From: an uncultured archaeon
GTDB lineage: Archaea > Asgardarchaeota > Lokiarchaeia > Sigyniarchaeales > SOKP01
Assembly (NCBI GenBank): GCA_964447495.1
Contig: CAYUTF010000011.1
Coordinates: 1 to 60,119 of the forward strand
Reading direction: 5' to 3'
DNA length: 60,119 bases
Below the pieces are notes generated by a model that worked only from the letters and a program-made list of their open reading frames with translations, did not search any database and was not told the DNA's origin. The position numbers were made by a program, and so were the translations under genes. Shown piece by piece: positions 17,327 through 27,487 of this stretch; the stretch's first letter is position 1; each line of letters begins with the position of its first letter.

Positions 17327-18976
17327 TTAATCAATTTCTTTTAAATTTAAACCTTTAGTAGGCATCGAATAACTTTTTAAGAAGAGTGAGTTATACTTTT
17401 GGAAGAAATCTTCTTTTCTCTTAAGTAATAGCTTGGAATCTTCTTCTTTTACCTTGCCGGAAGCCCATAATATTTTTCCTCGGAGGTTCATATCAATATT
17501 CTCATTATGTTTAATGATCTTTCCATCTTTAATGACATATTCAATATTATTTAATGCATTTTTAAGTTGTTCATATTCGGTATCAAGATTTAGTTCTTGG
17601 ATATTTAAATCTATGACATTAAGATCGGCATCACTGCCCTCTGTAAAACCTCCTTTTATATGGGAAATTCCTAAAGATTTTGCCGGACTTGCTCTAGTAA
17701 TGATTATAAAATCATTAAAAGAAATAGTCTCTTCATTATTAACAAGCGGATAATCTTTTAAGAAATCTTTATTCATATCTTTCATATAAGCTCCCCGTGC
17801 TTTGGAACTTAACAATAAAGTAGCGATGTTGGGTATATCATATATGTCAGCATAGTTAGGATAATTTATAGAAAATTGTAATTGCCATTTATCCTTAATT
17901 TTGAAAACTAAATCATAAGCATTTGCCCATAATATACTGTGTCCATAATTTTTTTTATCAAACTTTCTGAAAGTAGCGAAGAAATCGCCTTCAAATTCAA
18001 CAGCAAATCTTACAACTTTATAGGGATTCGCATCTATAGTCAGATCGTTAATTAGTCTTCTATCAGAGGTAACTAACGGATTTATATCATTGAAGCCAAT
18101 AAATCCTAAATCTAGATCAAAGTTGCGATGATTATTATAAAAGTTAACCAATTCAGTATTATCTCCATCAATATTGTATGAAGAAGCATGCGCTAAGTGA
18201 AAAATTTCATTTCGAGAACCACTTGGCTCTAAATCTAAACTACTTAACTTATTTAGTACATTTTTCAAATTAGCTTGTCCTATTTTTGACTCATAACCCT
18301 CAATATGAGCGTGCAATGCATGAGGAAGCTTAAGTTCTTCGACAAATCTTAGTAGATTTTCGTACACATTGATTGGAGTAAAATTAAATAAACGACCCTT
18401 TTCATTTAGATTCTCTCTCAATATCTTCCAGTTCCAATTTTCAGCTTCAAAAGGATTATAAACTTTAATTCCAAATGCTTTAGTTTTATTTAGCATATCT
18501 GATAAAAAAGCAGCACCATCTTTGACCATTCCTCTCTGAAACTCAAGTTCTAAAGGCCAAAGATTGCTCACATTTAATAAAAAAGAAGTATCTAAAACCG
18601 GTAGATTTGTTAAATCAAATAATGTATGTTTACTTAAAGAGGGATACACATTTGTTTCCAATATGTAAGTGTATCCATTAGAGAGATAACTTTTCGCTAT
18701 GTGCTCTAATGTTAAGCCCTTCCAACGTTGTTGAAATAATTTATTATTCGATCCTATTAATCTCGCCCAATTAAGTTGTTGAGATGCAATATGAGCATGA
18801 ATATCTAGGGCAGCAGGAATAACTGTCTTTCCAGTGGCATTTATTTGTTTTACTTCAGAATTGTTGGAGAATTTACTTACTATTCTCCCATTTTCTATAA
18901 GGATGTCTTTTACATCACCTTCGATATTATTCATCGGATCAAATACAAACCCATTTTTCACCAGCAGTTTTGTCAT
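17327..18976 (-). CDS. fwdA: Formylmethanofuran dehydrogenase subunit A-like amidohydrolase (divergent)
   Basis: KNGFVFDP, DIHAHIA, GIKVYNP, PHALHAH, ITRASPAKSLG and G.DADL motifs. Start placed at ATG 18976 after GGTGA. Confidence 0.8.
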   Translation of the reverse strand: MTKLLVKNGFVFDPMNNIEGDVKDILIENGRIVSKFSNNSEVKQINATGKTVIPAALDIHAHIASQQLNWARLIGSNNKLFQQRWKGLTLEHIAKSYLSNGYTYILETNVYPSLSKHTLFDLTNLPVLDTSFLLNVSNLWPLELEFQRGMVKDGAAFLSDMLNKTKAFGIKVYNPFEAENWNWKILRENLNEKGRLFNFTPINVYENLLRFVEELKLPHALHAHIEGYESKIGQANLKNVLNKLSSLDLEPSGSRNEIFHLAHASSYNIDGDNTELVNFYNNHRNFDLDLGFIGFNDINPLVTSDRRLINDLTIDANPYKVVRFAVEFEGDFFATFRKFDKKNYGHSILWANAYDLVFKIKDKWQLQFSINYPNYADIYDIPNIATLLLSSKARGAYMKDMNKDFLKDYPLVNNEETISFNDFIIITRASPAKSLGISHIKGGFTEGSDADLNVIDLNIQELNLDTEYEQLKNALNNIEYVIKDGKIIKHNENIDMNLRGKILWASGKVKEEDSKLLLKRKEDFFQKYNSLFLKSYSMPTKGLNLKEID

Positions 18977-18980
18977 TAAT

Positions 18981-19355
18981 TTAATCACCTTTAATTTGTT
19001 TAATTATATCACTGTACTTTGAAATTGGATCATTAGTAACCTCAATAGTTACTTTGATATTTTTAAAATGCAGTTCACCATTTTCAACTATTGTAATCTG
19101 ATTTGCCCATATTGAAACTGGTAATAAAATAGATTTTTCTGGTACATTTTCATCCTCAATAACTTTAACCACTATTGAGCCTATGCTATTAGATATTTTA
19201 AGATGTTTTTCTTTTGTCAAATTTAGACTTGTATAATCTTTGGGATTGAGAAATGCGAAAGCTAGCTTTTCTTCTAATGATTGATTGTCCCCAAAGGCAA
19301 ATTCTTTCGCTTGATCATTATCGATTTTTCGAATCGTATTTAATATCATCTCCAT
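18981..19355 (-). CDS. fwdD: Formylmethanofuran dehydrogenase subunit D-like (molybdopterin dinucleotide-binding domain)
   Basis: LNTIRKIDNDQ, LNP.D, WANQ and FKNI.V motifs; lies between fwdB and fwdA; ATG 19355 follows GAGGGAGG. Confidence 0.8.
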   Translation of the reverse strand: MEMILNTIRKIDNDQAKEFAFGDNQSLEEKLAFAFLNPKDYTSLNLTKEKHLKISNSIGSIVVKVIEDENVPEKSILLPVSIWANQITIVENGELHFKNIKVTIEVTNDPISKYSDIIKQIKGD

Positions 19356-19356
19356 C

Positions 19357-20661
19357 TTAAGAACCTCCCTCATTGAGTCTCATAATTATTTTGTTGAGTA
19401 AATCTTCATCCGAAGGAATATTACTTGGTGGATTAATGATTTTTTCTAAATGAATCGGAACTTGATCTAATCGGATGGCCAAACCTTCACATTCAATACC
19501 TGTAATTGCTGTGGGAAGTATAATATTTGCAATGTCTGCTGTTGCGGTCCTATGATTATCTATGAGAATAAGTGGTTTCTTAGCAAGTTTTGAGCTTAGA
19601 GTATAGGGAAGATGGGAAATCACATCCGTGCCAATGATTATAGAGCAATCAAAATCGTCTCTCTCCAATTTAGATACAATAGTATCTTCAGTCTCAACTA
19701 ATTGCTTATTTTTAAATTGTAAACCGCCTATTTTTCCACATGAAGAAAGTGCTATATGATCAAATCCCGCCATATTATAGTGCCCTCCCATGAGAATTAA
19801 AGAAACTCGCCCTTTTTGCTGTTTAGAATTAATAACTTGGATAAAGTCTAATATTTCACGTATCAAAACATTATCTTGAGTACTTTTCAATATCCCTTGT
19901 CCTAAAAATATAACTCCGTTTTCAGTTCCCGTAATATGGAGCAATATTCTTTTTAAATCTTCGCTATCAATCCCTGCGACACCTTCAGAGGGAATGCTAT
20001 CGTTCTGGCAACATTCTTCTTTTAAAGCTCGGACTAATTCTAAATCCTTTCCTGCTTTTATTCGCAAAGCAATATCTCTGACCCCCATAACGTTAAAAGA
20101 AGCAGTCTTAACGGGATCTATTATAATTAAAGTCTTAATTTCTCTCCCTGTCATCCGAAATTTACCTCTTGAAAAGAGGGTTTTATTTAACAAACGAGGG
20201 ATAGTTTCAGCAGGGTTAGCGCCCCATAATATTAAAAGATCTGCTTTATTTATTACTTCTGTAATTGTGGACAGATTTATTCCTAATTCTTTTGCCAAAT
20301 TCAAAACCTTTCCTTGGCAAATCGAAGCATTGGAATCAATAAAACCATTAATTAATTGTGCTAATTCAATCCCCTTGCTCTGTGCTTCGCAACTTGAATT
20401 AGAAAACCCATACAATAATGGCTTGGATGAATTTTTAAGAATTGTAATAGTTTCCTTTATAGCTTCATCCCATTCAACTTTTTGTAAATCATTTTTCCTT
20501 CGAATCATAGGGCTGGTTATTCGATTTTTAGAGGTTACTTGATCAAATCGCTCTTTACCTTTCATACACGAACCTATTACCTCATCGATAAAAAGTCCAT
20601 CTGATCTAACAATAATATCATCACATAATAGAGAACATCCTGAACACGTAAATCTTTTCAA
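19357..20661 (-). CDS. fwdB: Formylmethanofuran dehydrogenase subunit B-like (divergent)
   Basis: CSGCSLLCDD...C 4Fe-4S motif, KPLLYG, ADLLILWGANP, GHYNMAG and G.AIRLDQVP motifs. Confidence 0.85.
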   Translation of the reverse strand: MKRFTCSGCSLLCDDIIVRSDGLFIDEVIGSCMKGKERFDQVTSKNRITSPMIRRKNDLQKVEWDEAIKETITILKNSSKPLLYGFSNSSCEAQSKGIELAQLINGFIDSNASICQGKVLNLAKELGINLSTITEVINKADLLILWGANPAETIPRLLNKTLFSRGKFRMTGREIKTLIIIDPVKTASFNVMGVRDIALRIKAGKDLELVRALKEECCQNDSIPSEGVAGIDSEDLKRILLHITGTENGVIFLGQGILKSTQDNVLIREILDFIQVINSKQQKGRVSLILMGGHYNMAGFDHIALSSCGKIGGLQFKNKQLVETEDTIVSKLERDDFDCSIIIGTDVISHLPYTLSSKLAKKPLILIDNHRTATADIANIILPTAITGIECEGLAIRLDQVPIHLEKIINPPSNIPSDEDLLNKIIMRLNEGGS

Positions 20662-20694
20662 TTATATCCCTCATAAAAAATTTAAAATTTGAAA

Positions 20695-21162
20695 TTAAAC
20701 ATATTCAATTTTTATTGCTTCTCGTGGACAATATGTTTCGCAAACCCTGCACTCCCTTTCTCTTCCCTCTGCTTCAATTCTTCTACAATATTCAATTTTT
20801 AAGAGTTCACATTTTCCACTCTTCACTTGAAAAAGTTGATGCTTCTCTGGAGGATAATCCGGTGCTTTTCCACTTAAACTTGGAGGACAATATCGAGCAT
20901 TTACAGGACATACGGTAACACAAATACCACACCCATCGCACAGATCTGAATCGATATTTATTCTTAATTCCTTTTGTTGGCCCTCTTCAGAACCTATAAG
21001 CTCCTTTAAGGACGCATATTGTTTTTGATATTTTGGTTCTAAAAGTGGAGGACAGTCATCTATTTTTACTTTTCCTTGTAATAAATCTAAAGCGAAAGCC
21101 ATGCAAGTAGGTTTACCACATTTTTTACAATTAGTTTTAGGTAGAAACTTATAAAGTTCCAT
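20695..21162 (-). CDS. Fe-S protein: N-terminal CdhE-type FeS domain plus 2x[4Fe-4S] ferredoxin (FwdG/H-like position)
   Basis: LPKTNCKKCGKPTCMAFA...CP, CDGCGICVTVCP and CRVCETYCP motifs; first gene of the fwd operon. Confidence 0.8.
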   Translation of the reverse strand: MELYKFLPKTNCKKCGKPTCMAFALDLLQGKVKIDDCPPLLEPKYQKQYASLKELIGSEEGQQKELRINIDSDLCDGCGICVTVCPVNARYCPPSLSGKAPDYPPEKHQLFQVKSGKCELLKIEYCRRIEAEGRERECRVCETYCPREAIKIEYV

Positions 21163-21416
21163 AAAGTTTTGGACCGGGATTTATAATCACGACATAAGGT
21201 TGATTTCTTTCTATCACTTAAGTATTAATATTCGAGGATTTATTAATCTCTTTAGATTATTGATTATAAATCTAAATCGCATTCTACTTTTCTTTTTAAC
21301 TTCTTTTAATCAAAGAAGAATTTAATTTGAAATAAGAGGTAAATAATATAGAAAAAATTATATTATATTGTAATGTAAGTCTTTATGATTAATATTTTGA
21401 TAAGAGGTAATAATAA

Positions 21417-22256
21417 TTGAGTAAAAAGTTAAATATCGCTGCCATTTTTGCACATCCAGATGATTTAACTTATTTTGCTGCCGGGACTATCGCAAGGTGG
21501 GCAGAAGAAGGTCATGATATATTTACGATATGTTGTACAAAAGGAGATGTTGGAACCTTACGGCGGGACTTGACTAAAAATGACGTAGCCAAAAAGCGAG
21601 AAAACGAATTAGAATCATCTAATAAGATACTTGGGGTAAAGAGTAATTTTATGCTTGGGTATCCTGATGCAGGATTTATTAACAGTCAAGAATTACGCAA
21701 AAAACTTGTTTATTATATAAGAAAGTTAAAAATAGATCGGATAGTAACACTGGATCCTTGGGCTAAATATGAGGTTCATCCCGATCATTTGGTGGTCGGA
21801 AGGATGGCTGCTGAGGCAGGAGCATTCTCAGCATTTCCATTGTTATATGAGGACCAAATTAATAACGGCATAGAACCATATAAGTGTTCTGAAGTATGGT
21901 TTATGGGATTATTAGGGCATAAACCTAATCATATAGTCGAAATATCAAAAGTTTTAGAAAAGAAAGTTAAAGCAGCGTTAGAATTTGAAGCCACAATTGA
22001 ACTGCTAGCGGAATTATTTAATTTAAAACTAGATCCCGCGAATGTGATGGAGGACGAGTTGAAGAAGCTTACTAAAAATATGCATAGATTACTCCTCTCT
22101 ATAGCCTCGGTAATTGGTAAAAAGTATGATCTAAAAGCTGCGGAAGCATTCTATGTACAAAAAATACTTCCAGGTCATTTTGATAATTTACAAGAGAATA
22201 TTTCTAAAAATTTTGGCAATCCACTCCCCCCTCCTAAAATACATAGAGCAGATTAA
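21417..22256 (+). CDS. PIG-L/LmbE family deacetylase
   Basis: AHPDD, TKGDVG, R..E and HPDH motifs. Confidence 0.9.
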   Translation: MSKKLNIAAIFAHPDDLTYFAAGTIARWAEEGHDIFTICCTKGDVGTLRRDLTKNDVAKKRENELESSNKILGVKSNFMLGYPDAGFINSQELRKKLVYYIRKLKIDRIVTLDPWAKYEVHPDHLVVGRMAAEAGAFSAFPLLYEDQINNGIEPYKCSEVWFMGLLGHKPNHIVEISKVLEKKVKAALEFEATIELLAELFNLKLDPANVMEDELKKLTKNMHRLLLSIASVIGKKYDLKAAEAFYVQKILPGHFDNLQENISKNFGNPLPPPKIHRAD

Positions 22257-23212
22257 ATAGTTTTAAGCTTTTTTTTTAAATTTCTGTATATTTTTTTTAT
22301 CGCAATACTAGCTACTGAGTCAGGAGCATAAGTCACAACGGGTTCAGCATAAGACATAGACTCTGGTATAGCATAATCAAAATCAATTTTTCCTAGCACT
22401 GTATAATGTGTCTTTTTTATATATTTCTTAAATTTCTTTTGAAATGGGGTTTTTAAGTTAGCTTTATTTACCACTATACTAAAGGGTATTTTAAACTGGT
22501 CAACTAATTCCAACACTCTGATTAAGTCATGTAATCCTGAAGGGGTGGGCTCCGTTATCGCAATAATGTAATTAATTCCAGAAATCATAGAAATAACAGG
22601 GCAACCAATACCCGGAGGTCCGTCAATAATCGTTAAATTTGATTTTTTATATAACTCCGAATTTTTAGCAAATTCTTTTACTTCTGAGACTAATTTACCA
22701 GATGTTGTGCTCCCTAACCGGGTTTTTCCATATATAAGTAAAGAACCAAATTTATTCTCATAAGAGATTATCTCTCCGCTCTTTACAGGGTGGATATCAA
22801 ATGCATGTTCAGAGCAGAGTGTTTTACAAGCACCGCATCCTTCACACTTTAGAAAATCTACAATTGGAATGTTATTTCGATCATCCCATCCCAGAGCATT
22901 AAATTCACAGAAATGATTGTCAAAACATTCTTTGCAATGTGTGCATTTTTCTAAGATAAAAGAAGCTTTTATTGTCGTATATGCATTTTTTGTTTGAATT
23001 TCAACGTTAGGGTTCTTTGGCATTATTATGGCAAGATTAGGAGCATCTACGTCGCAGTCTAAAACAATTGGTATGAAATCATCATCTGTACTTGCCAATG
23101 TTGCTAAAGATGCGGTTAAAGTAGTTTTACCTACTCCCCCTTTCCCTGATACAATGCCTATAACTACTTTTTCCAGGTTGTCATCACTGTTCCACAATCT
23201 AATTTTTTTCAA
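22253..23212 (-). CDS. MinD-superfamily P-loop ATPase with inserted ferredoxin domain (COG1149)
   Basis: SGKGGVGKTT, DCDVDAPNL, CEGCGAC, SGKLV, DGPPGIGCPVI and TEPTPSGLHDL motifs. Confidence 0.9.
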   Translation of the reverse strand: MKKIRLWNSDDNLEKVVIGIVSGKGGVGKTTLTASLATLASTDDDFIPIVLDCDVDAPNLAIIMPKNPNVEIQTKNAYTTIKASFILEKCTHCKECFDNHFCEFNALGWDDRNNIPIVDFLKCEGCGACKTLCSEHAFDIHPVKSGEIISYENKFGSLLIYGKTRLGSTTSGKLVSEVKEFAKNSELYKKSNLTIIDGPPGIGCPVISMISGINYIIAITEPTPSGLHDLIRVLELVDQFKIPFSIVVNKANLKTPFQKKFKKYIKKTHYTVLGKIDFDYAIPESMSYAEPVVTYAPDSVASIAIKKIYRNLKKKLKTI

Positions 23213-24122
23213 ATTTTATCCATTCTTTAATGGTTTCATATATTTTCAAAAACGCTTGATATGCAGGTCCTATTTCTTCATGAGCTTTCTTATTTTCCAT
23301 AAGCGGAACTCCAGCACAATATGAGTTTACAACCTCATCATCTAAAGGTATATTGCCGAGTATCTCTAGTTTTAGATTTTTAATTTCATTAAAAAATTGA
23401 TTTTTATATCCCAATAATGTGCTCCTATTGATAATAACTTTAAAATCCTTATGAAGGAGAGATATTAGTTCATTGATTCGAATTAAATCTGACAAACCAA
23501 ATTTGGTGGGCTCTGTTACTGGTATCACATAGTCTGCTTTTTCAATTAATTCTTCTACATCACAATGAGCTCCAGGAGCGGTATCAATTATTACTATATC
23601 ATATTTTTCACCAATATTATTAATTTTATTATCAACTTTCGCAAGTAATGCTTCAATAACCGTTGCAGATCGTGCTTCTCCTGGTTTTAATTCACCAACT
23701 AAAAGATCAATATCTCTAATAGTAATATTATATACCCATCCAACCGTTTTATAATCAGGTTCAATAGCAACAGCTGGACAGATTTTAAAACATAATTTAC
23801 ATCCAGAACAAACGGCTAGAATAGGAATTGGTATCGAGTCCTTTATATGAAGCAACGCATGAGGTACGCAATTGTCTGCACAGATTCCACACTTTGTGCA
23901 TTTCTCTTCATTGATTAAAGGTTTAAAGAAGAGAACACTTTCTCTTTTACCTAATTTGCCTCCTAATAATAAATAGGTATTAGGATTTTCACTATCTCCA
24001 TCTACTAATAAAGTTTTGAAACCTTCATTTTTAAACATTATGGCTAAATTCACAGCTACAAGAGTTTTACCGGTGCCCCCCTTCCCACCAGTTACACAAA
24101 TGATTTTTGGTTTATTCGCCAT
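23199..24122 (-). CDS. MinD-superfamily P-loop ATPase with inserted ferredoxin domain (COG1149), second paralog
   Basis: GGKGGTGKT, D.ENPN, CTKCGICADNC, CSGCKLCFKICP, DTAPGAHC and TEPTKFG motifs. Confidence 0.9.
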   Translation of the reverse strand: MANKPKIICVTGGKGGTGKTLVAVNLAIMFKNEGFKTLLVDGDSENPNTYLLLGGKLGKRESVLFFKPLINEEKCTKCGICADNCVPHALLHIKDSIPIPILAVCSGCKLCFKICPAVAIEPDYKTVGWVYNITIRDIDLLVGELKPGEARSATVIEALLAKVDNKINNIGEKYDIVIIDTAPGAHCDVEELIEKADYVIPVTEPTKFGLSDLIRINELISLLHKDFKVIINRSTLLGYKNQFFNEIKNLKLEILGNIPLDDEVVNSYCAGVPLMENKKAHEEIGPAYQAFLKIYETIKEWIKFEKN

Positions 24123-24204
24123 CCTCTTTATGGTATAGCCATTCTTATTTTTCTTTAAAATACGAAATTACCTTTCATTTTGAACATAACCCAAGTTTAA
24201 CGCA

Positions 24205-24597
24205 TTAAGCCCCACCCATTCCTCGATGAGCAGCGACATTAGCATTATTGATCGATGGTAATTCATTCTCCAAATAGAGATTGATTACTTCTCTTACTGT
24301 AATACTTTTGTTAGGCGCTTGATATATCTGAATTTTTAAAGCATTTAATGATTGAGCAGCATTTGGTCCTAAAAACCCTATAATAACAATCCCCGCTCCG
24401 TTATCACCGATTAATTGAGCAGCATGAATTCCAGCACCTCCCATTTGACCGACCGCAGAGTTTGATACTACCTTTACTTCCTTTATTTTCTTATCTTCAA
24501 CCTTTACAAAAGTAAAACTTGGACAACGTCCAAATCGACTATTAATTAACTCATTTAATCCCCCATTTCCATCTGAGGGAACCGCAATTATTACCAT
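24205..24597 (-). CDS. NifB/NifX family (orange-protein-like) metal-cluster-binding protein
   Basis: IAVP, RFGRCPSF, GGAGI.AAQ and GPNA motifs. Confidence 0.9.
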   Translation of the reverse strand: MVIIAVPSDGNGGLNELINSRFGRCPSFTFVKVEDKKIKEVKVVSNSAVGQMGGAGIHAAQLIGDNGAGIVIIGFLGPNAAQSLNALKIQIYQAPNKSITVREVINLYLENELPSINNANVAAHRGMGGA

Positions 24598-24617
24598 ATC
24601 AATTCAACCATATTTTA

Positions 24618-24656
24618 ATGAATAATTATTTATTATTAAAATGAATGATTATTCAA
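24618..24656. promoter_or_regulatory. Two copies of palindromic operator (consensus ATGAATAATTATTCAT)
   Basis: ATGAATAATTATTTAT (24618-24633) and ATGAATGATTATTCAA (24641-24656) in the divergent NifX/Mrp intergenic region. Confidence 0.5.
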
Positions 24657-24929
24657 TTACCCGTATATACATAAATAGTCATTCACTTAAAAATGTATTC
24701 TTTAATTGAATACACCTCTTGAGTTTCTTAATTCACATGAATATTTAAATTTTAAGAATGATGATTCATTATATTTATAAATATGATTCAACTCTGTAGT
24801 TTTAATTATAACTAAAGCGAAGTGAAAAATTTCAAAATATTACCTATAAATTAATGAGTTATTAAAATCGTCTCTAGTTATGACTAATAATTATATGAAG
24901 TTAATCAAAATAAGTTAAAAGTGTAAAAA

Positions 24930-25799
24930 ATGAGTGATGAAATACCAGATATAGATTTAAAGAAGACTGTGGATGAAGGTCGTAAGGATGCCATGGAACA
25001 ACGCATGGAAAGAATAAAGGAAAATATGGCAAAAATAAAACATAAAATAGTAGTGATTTCTGGAAAAGGTGGTGTGGGAAAAACGACAGTCGCAGTTAAT
25101 CTTGCTATCAGTTTAGCTAGTATTGGATTAAGAGTAGGGATATTAGACGTGGATATTACAGGACCAAATGTTAATAAAATGTTAGGGATTAGTCCTGAGG
25201 TACGACCCCGTGTTGATCCTGATGGACAGAGATTTTATCCTGTGGATGGACCATTAAATACAAAAGTAATGAGTATGGCATTTTTAACCCAGGATTCGGA
25301 TACTCCAGTAATATGGAGAGGTCCTATGAAAATGGGTGCTCTACGTCAATTTCTAGGAGAAGCAGTTTGGGGAGAACTTGACTATCTCGTATGTGATTTA
25401 CCTCCAGGTACCTCTGACGAGACTTTAGATATTCTACAATTGATTCCCGATGAAAATGTAGTTGTTGTATCAACTCCTCAAGAAGTTGCCTTAATGGATG
25501 CACGAAAAACAATAGCAATGGCTAAAACAATGGAAAGACATGTTCTCGGGATAGTTGAAAACATGTCTGGCTTTAATTGCCCACATTGTGGGGAATTTAT
25601 AGATCTCTACCCCCCCGGTGGAGCTGAAAAAGCATCAAAAGATTTTAATGTTCCACTGTTAGGGAAAATTCCATTTGAAATAGAAGTCAGCCAGCAAGGA
25701 GATCGGGGATTACCATTTGTCTTGAAATACCCTGATGGTGTAAGTGCTAAGGCATTTAAAGCCATAGTAAATAGAATGCGAGAACTTATAGAAAAATAA
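24930..25799 (+). CDS. mrp: Mrp/NBP35 (ApbC) Fe-S cluster carrier ATPase
   Basis: SGKGGVGKTT, DVDITGP, VIWRGP, DLPPGTSDE and ENMS..CPHC motifs. Confidence 0.92.
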   Translation: MSDEIPDIDLKKTVDEGRKDAMEQRMERIKENMAKIKHKIVVISGKGGVGKTTVAVNLAISLASIGLRVGILDVDITGPNVNKMLGISPEVRPRVDPDGQRFYPVDGPLNTKVMSMAFLTQDSDTPVIWRGPMKMGALRQFLGEAVWGELDYLVCDLPPGTSDETLDILQLIPDENVVVVSTPQEVALMDARKTIAMAKTMERHVLGIVENMSGFNCPHCGEFIDLYPPGGAEKASKDFNVPLLGKIPFEIEVSQQGDRGLPFVLKYPDGVSAKAFKAIVNRMRELIEK

Positions 25800-25983
25800 T
25801 TAATATTTTTTTTACCTATTTTTATTTTACCATATTTTCAGCAATGAGGTTTTAATAAAATATTCTCATATTATACCATCTGATAAATATGCAAACAATT
25901 ATATCTATTAACTCTTTTGTTTAATATTGGTTGAGAATATTCTTATCATTTATAATAGCAACGTAAAGTAAAACATCATTAAA

Positions 25984-26475
25984 ATGAAGATAAATCCTGA
26001 AATCTCAAAATTATTAAAAGGAATCATTATCTGTAAAGAAACAGGAATCTATTTATTAGATTTAATTTTGGATACGAATATAAATCCTCTTCTTTTATCT
26101 TCCTTTGTTGGGGCACTTTCTCTATTTGGGGAGGAAAATATGGGCAAAATAGAAGAAATCACCATTAAAGGTCTCGATATTCAAATGATAATCGTCAATA
26201 AGTACAATCTCACCTTAATTGCGATCATGGATAAAGAGTTTGTTAAACATAATATTCGAGAAGAAGCAGAAAAATCCTTGGACATGTTTTATTCTCTCTA
26301 CTGTGATGAAATAGGGGAATGTGTCGATACTAATGCCTTCGGACCTTTTAAAGAAGTACTAATTAATCAAATAAATAAATATTTTGGAAATCTAAATAAT
26401 GCAGATATAGAATCTGAAATTGGAGATTTTGGATTCTTTACTGAAGCAATTGCTAAATTAAGAAATAATACCTGA
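25984..26475 (+). CDS. Longin-like domain protein (Asgard eukaryotic signature family)
   Basis: GIIICKETGIYLL...LLSSFVGALSLFGEE...IEEI...beta-strand run, then two helices: a longin-fold pattern. Confidence 0.6.
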   Translation: MKINPEISKLLKGIIICKETGIYLLDLILDTNINPLLLSSFVGALSLFGEENMGKIEEITIKGLDIQMIIVNKYNLTLIAIMDKEFVKHNIREEAEKSLDMFYSLYCDEIGECVDTNAFGPFKEVLINQINKYFGNLNNADIESEIGDFGFFTEAIAKLRNNT

Positions 26476-26517
26476 TTATGCTAGCCAAATAAAAGTTTAT
26501 TAAAAAGGAACAATAAA

Positions 26518-27402
26518 TTAGAATTTATCTGATTTCTTTTTAAATATCAAAGCTCCTATTTTAACATTAAAGATTCTTTCCATTAAACTACACTTAGCTT
26601 TGAGTAAGTAATATACATCTTTTTCTGGAATCGGCATTTTATATAGACTTTCAAAATTCCCTTGTCCTTTTGATAAGATGACACCTCCTTTCCGATTGAA
26701 GTAATATTTAAATTCTTCAGTAGAAGTACTTAAGTCTATGCCCGGCGTTGGGCTTGATTCCACAATTTTAACTAAATCGGTTAACCCTACCATTTTTGCA
26801 TCTTCGAGGGTAACATCATTTATTATCGGACCAGAACGTACTGAGTAGATAATCTCTAAGTTTGGGAATAGTTTCTGAATCGTTTCTATGAGTAACTTAT
26901 CAAATACTATTTCTCCACAATTATCTCCAAGGATAAGAAGATGTTCCGCTTTTTGTAGTGATTCTTTAAATTGAGTATATTCATTTATCGCAAGATTTTC
27001 AATAGAAAATGTTTTAATATCATTGATTATCTCGATTTTGTGCTGAGCAGCTAAATCTACTGTATTTCCCAGGGCAGCAACTATTAAAGCTTTTAACAAC
27101 AGATCTTCAGAAGTCTCGACAATTTTTTTTGCTTCCTCATAAAACTCTAATGCTAAATGATTATATTTCTTTTTTAAGTTAATATAGGGATCTTTTAAGC
27201 CTAATGTATCGGCAACGATTCCGTATGCAGTTTTACCTATAATAGGAGACGCTGTATTATTGATATCGACATTTATAAGATATTTCATTAGCTTTTTTTG
27301 AGCATTAATGATTTTTTCTCTAGATATATCTGGTTCTAATAATTTGAATGCTCTCAATACTTGATTGAATAAGCAGCCAATACATTCAGGTTCTAGTTGC
27401 AT
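26518..27402 (-). CDS. DUF89/ARMT1-like damage-control phosphatase
   Basis: ECIGC, DPY, GNTVD, DNCGEIVFD, PIINDVT and SKGQGNFESL motifs. Confidence 0.9.
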   Translation of the reverse strand: MQLEPECIGCLFNQVLRAFKLLEPDISREKIINAQKKLMKYLINVDINNTASPIIGKTAYGIVADTLGLKDPYINLKKKYNHLALEFYEEAKKIVETSEDLLLKALIVAALGNTVDLAAQHKIEIINDIKTFSIENLAINEYTQFKESLQKAEHLLILGDNCGEIVFDKLLIETIQKLFPNLEIIYSVRSGPIINDVTLEDAKMVGLTDLVKIVESSPTPGIDLSTSTEEFKYYFNRKGGVILSKGQGNFESLYKMPIPEKDVYYLLKAKCSLMERIFNVKIGALIFKKKSDKF

Positions 27403-27487
27403 TTTAATTTTAAAATTTATTCTTGTTGAAATTAAAAATTAAAAAAATAACAAAAACATTATTAAAATAAAAAAAAAGAAGAATATT

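Noticed and set aside
19994-20542. 182-aa plus-strand ORF
   Set aside because: Fully antisense to fwdB.
19357-20661. Selenocysteine in FwdB
   Set aside because: The ligand position is a Cys codon and the ORF has no internal TGA.
21327-21416. Short duplicated motif TAAGAGGTAA(A)TAATA upstream of the PIG-L gene
   Set aside because: Two copies of an RBS-containing AT-rich stretch; too short to support a feature beyond a small local duplication.
22253-24597. Nitrogen fixation or cell-division (MinD) genes
   Set aside because: No nifHDK. NifX-family plus ferredoxin-containing COG1149 ATPases is the orp-type cluster common in non-diazotrophs.
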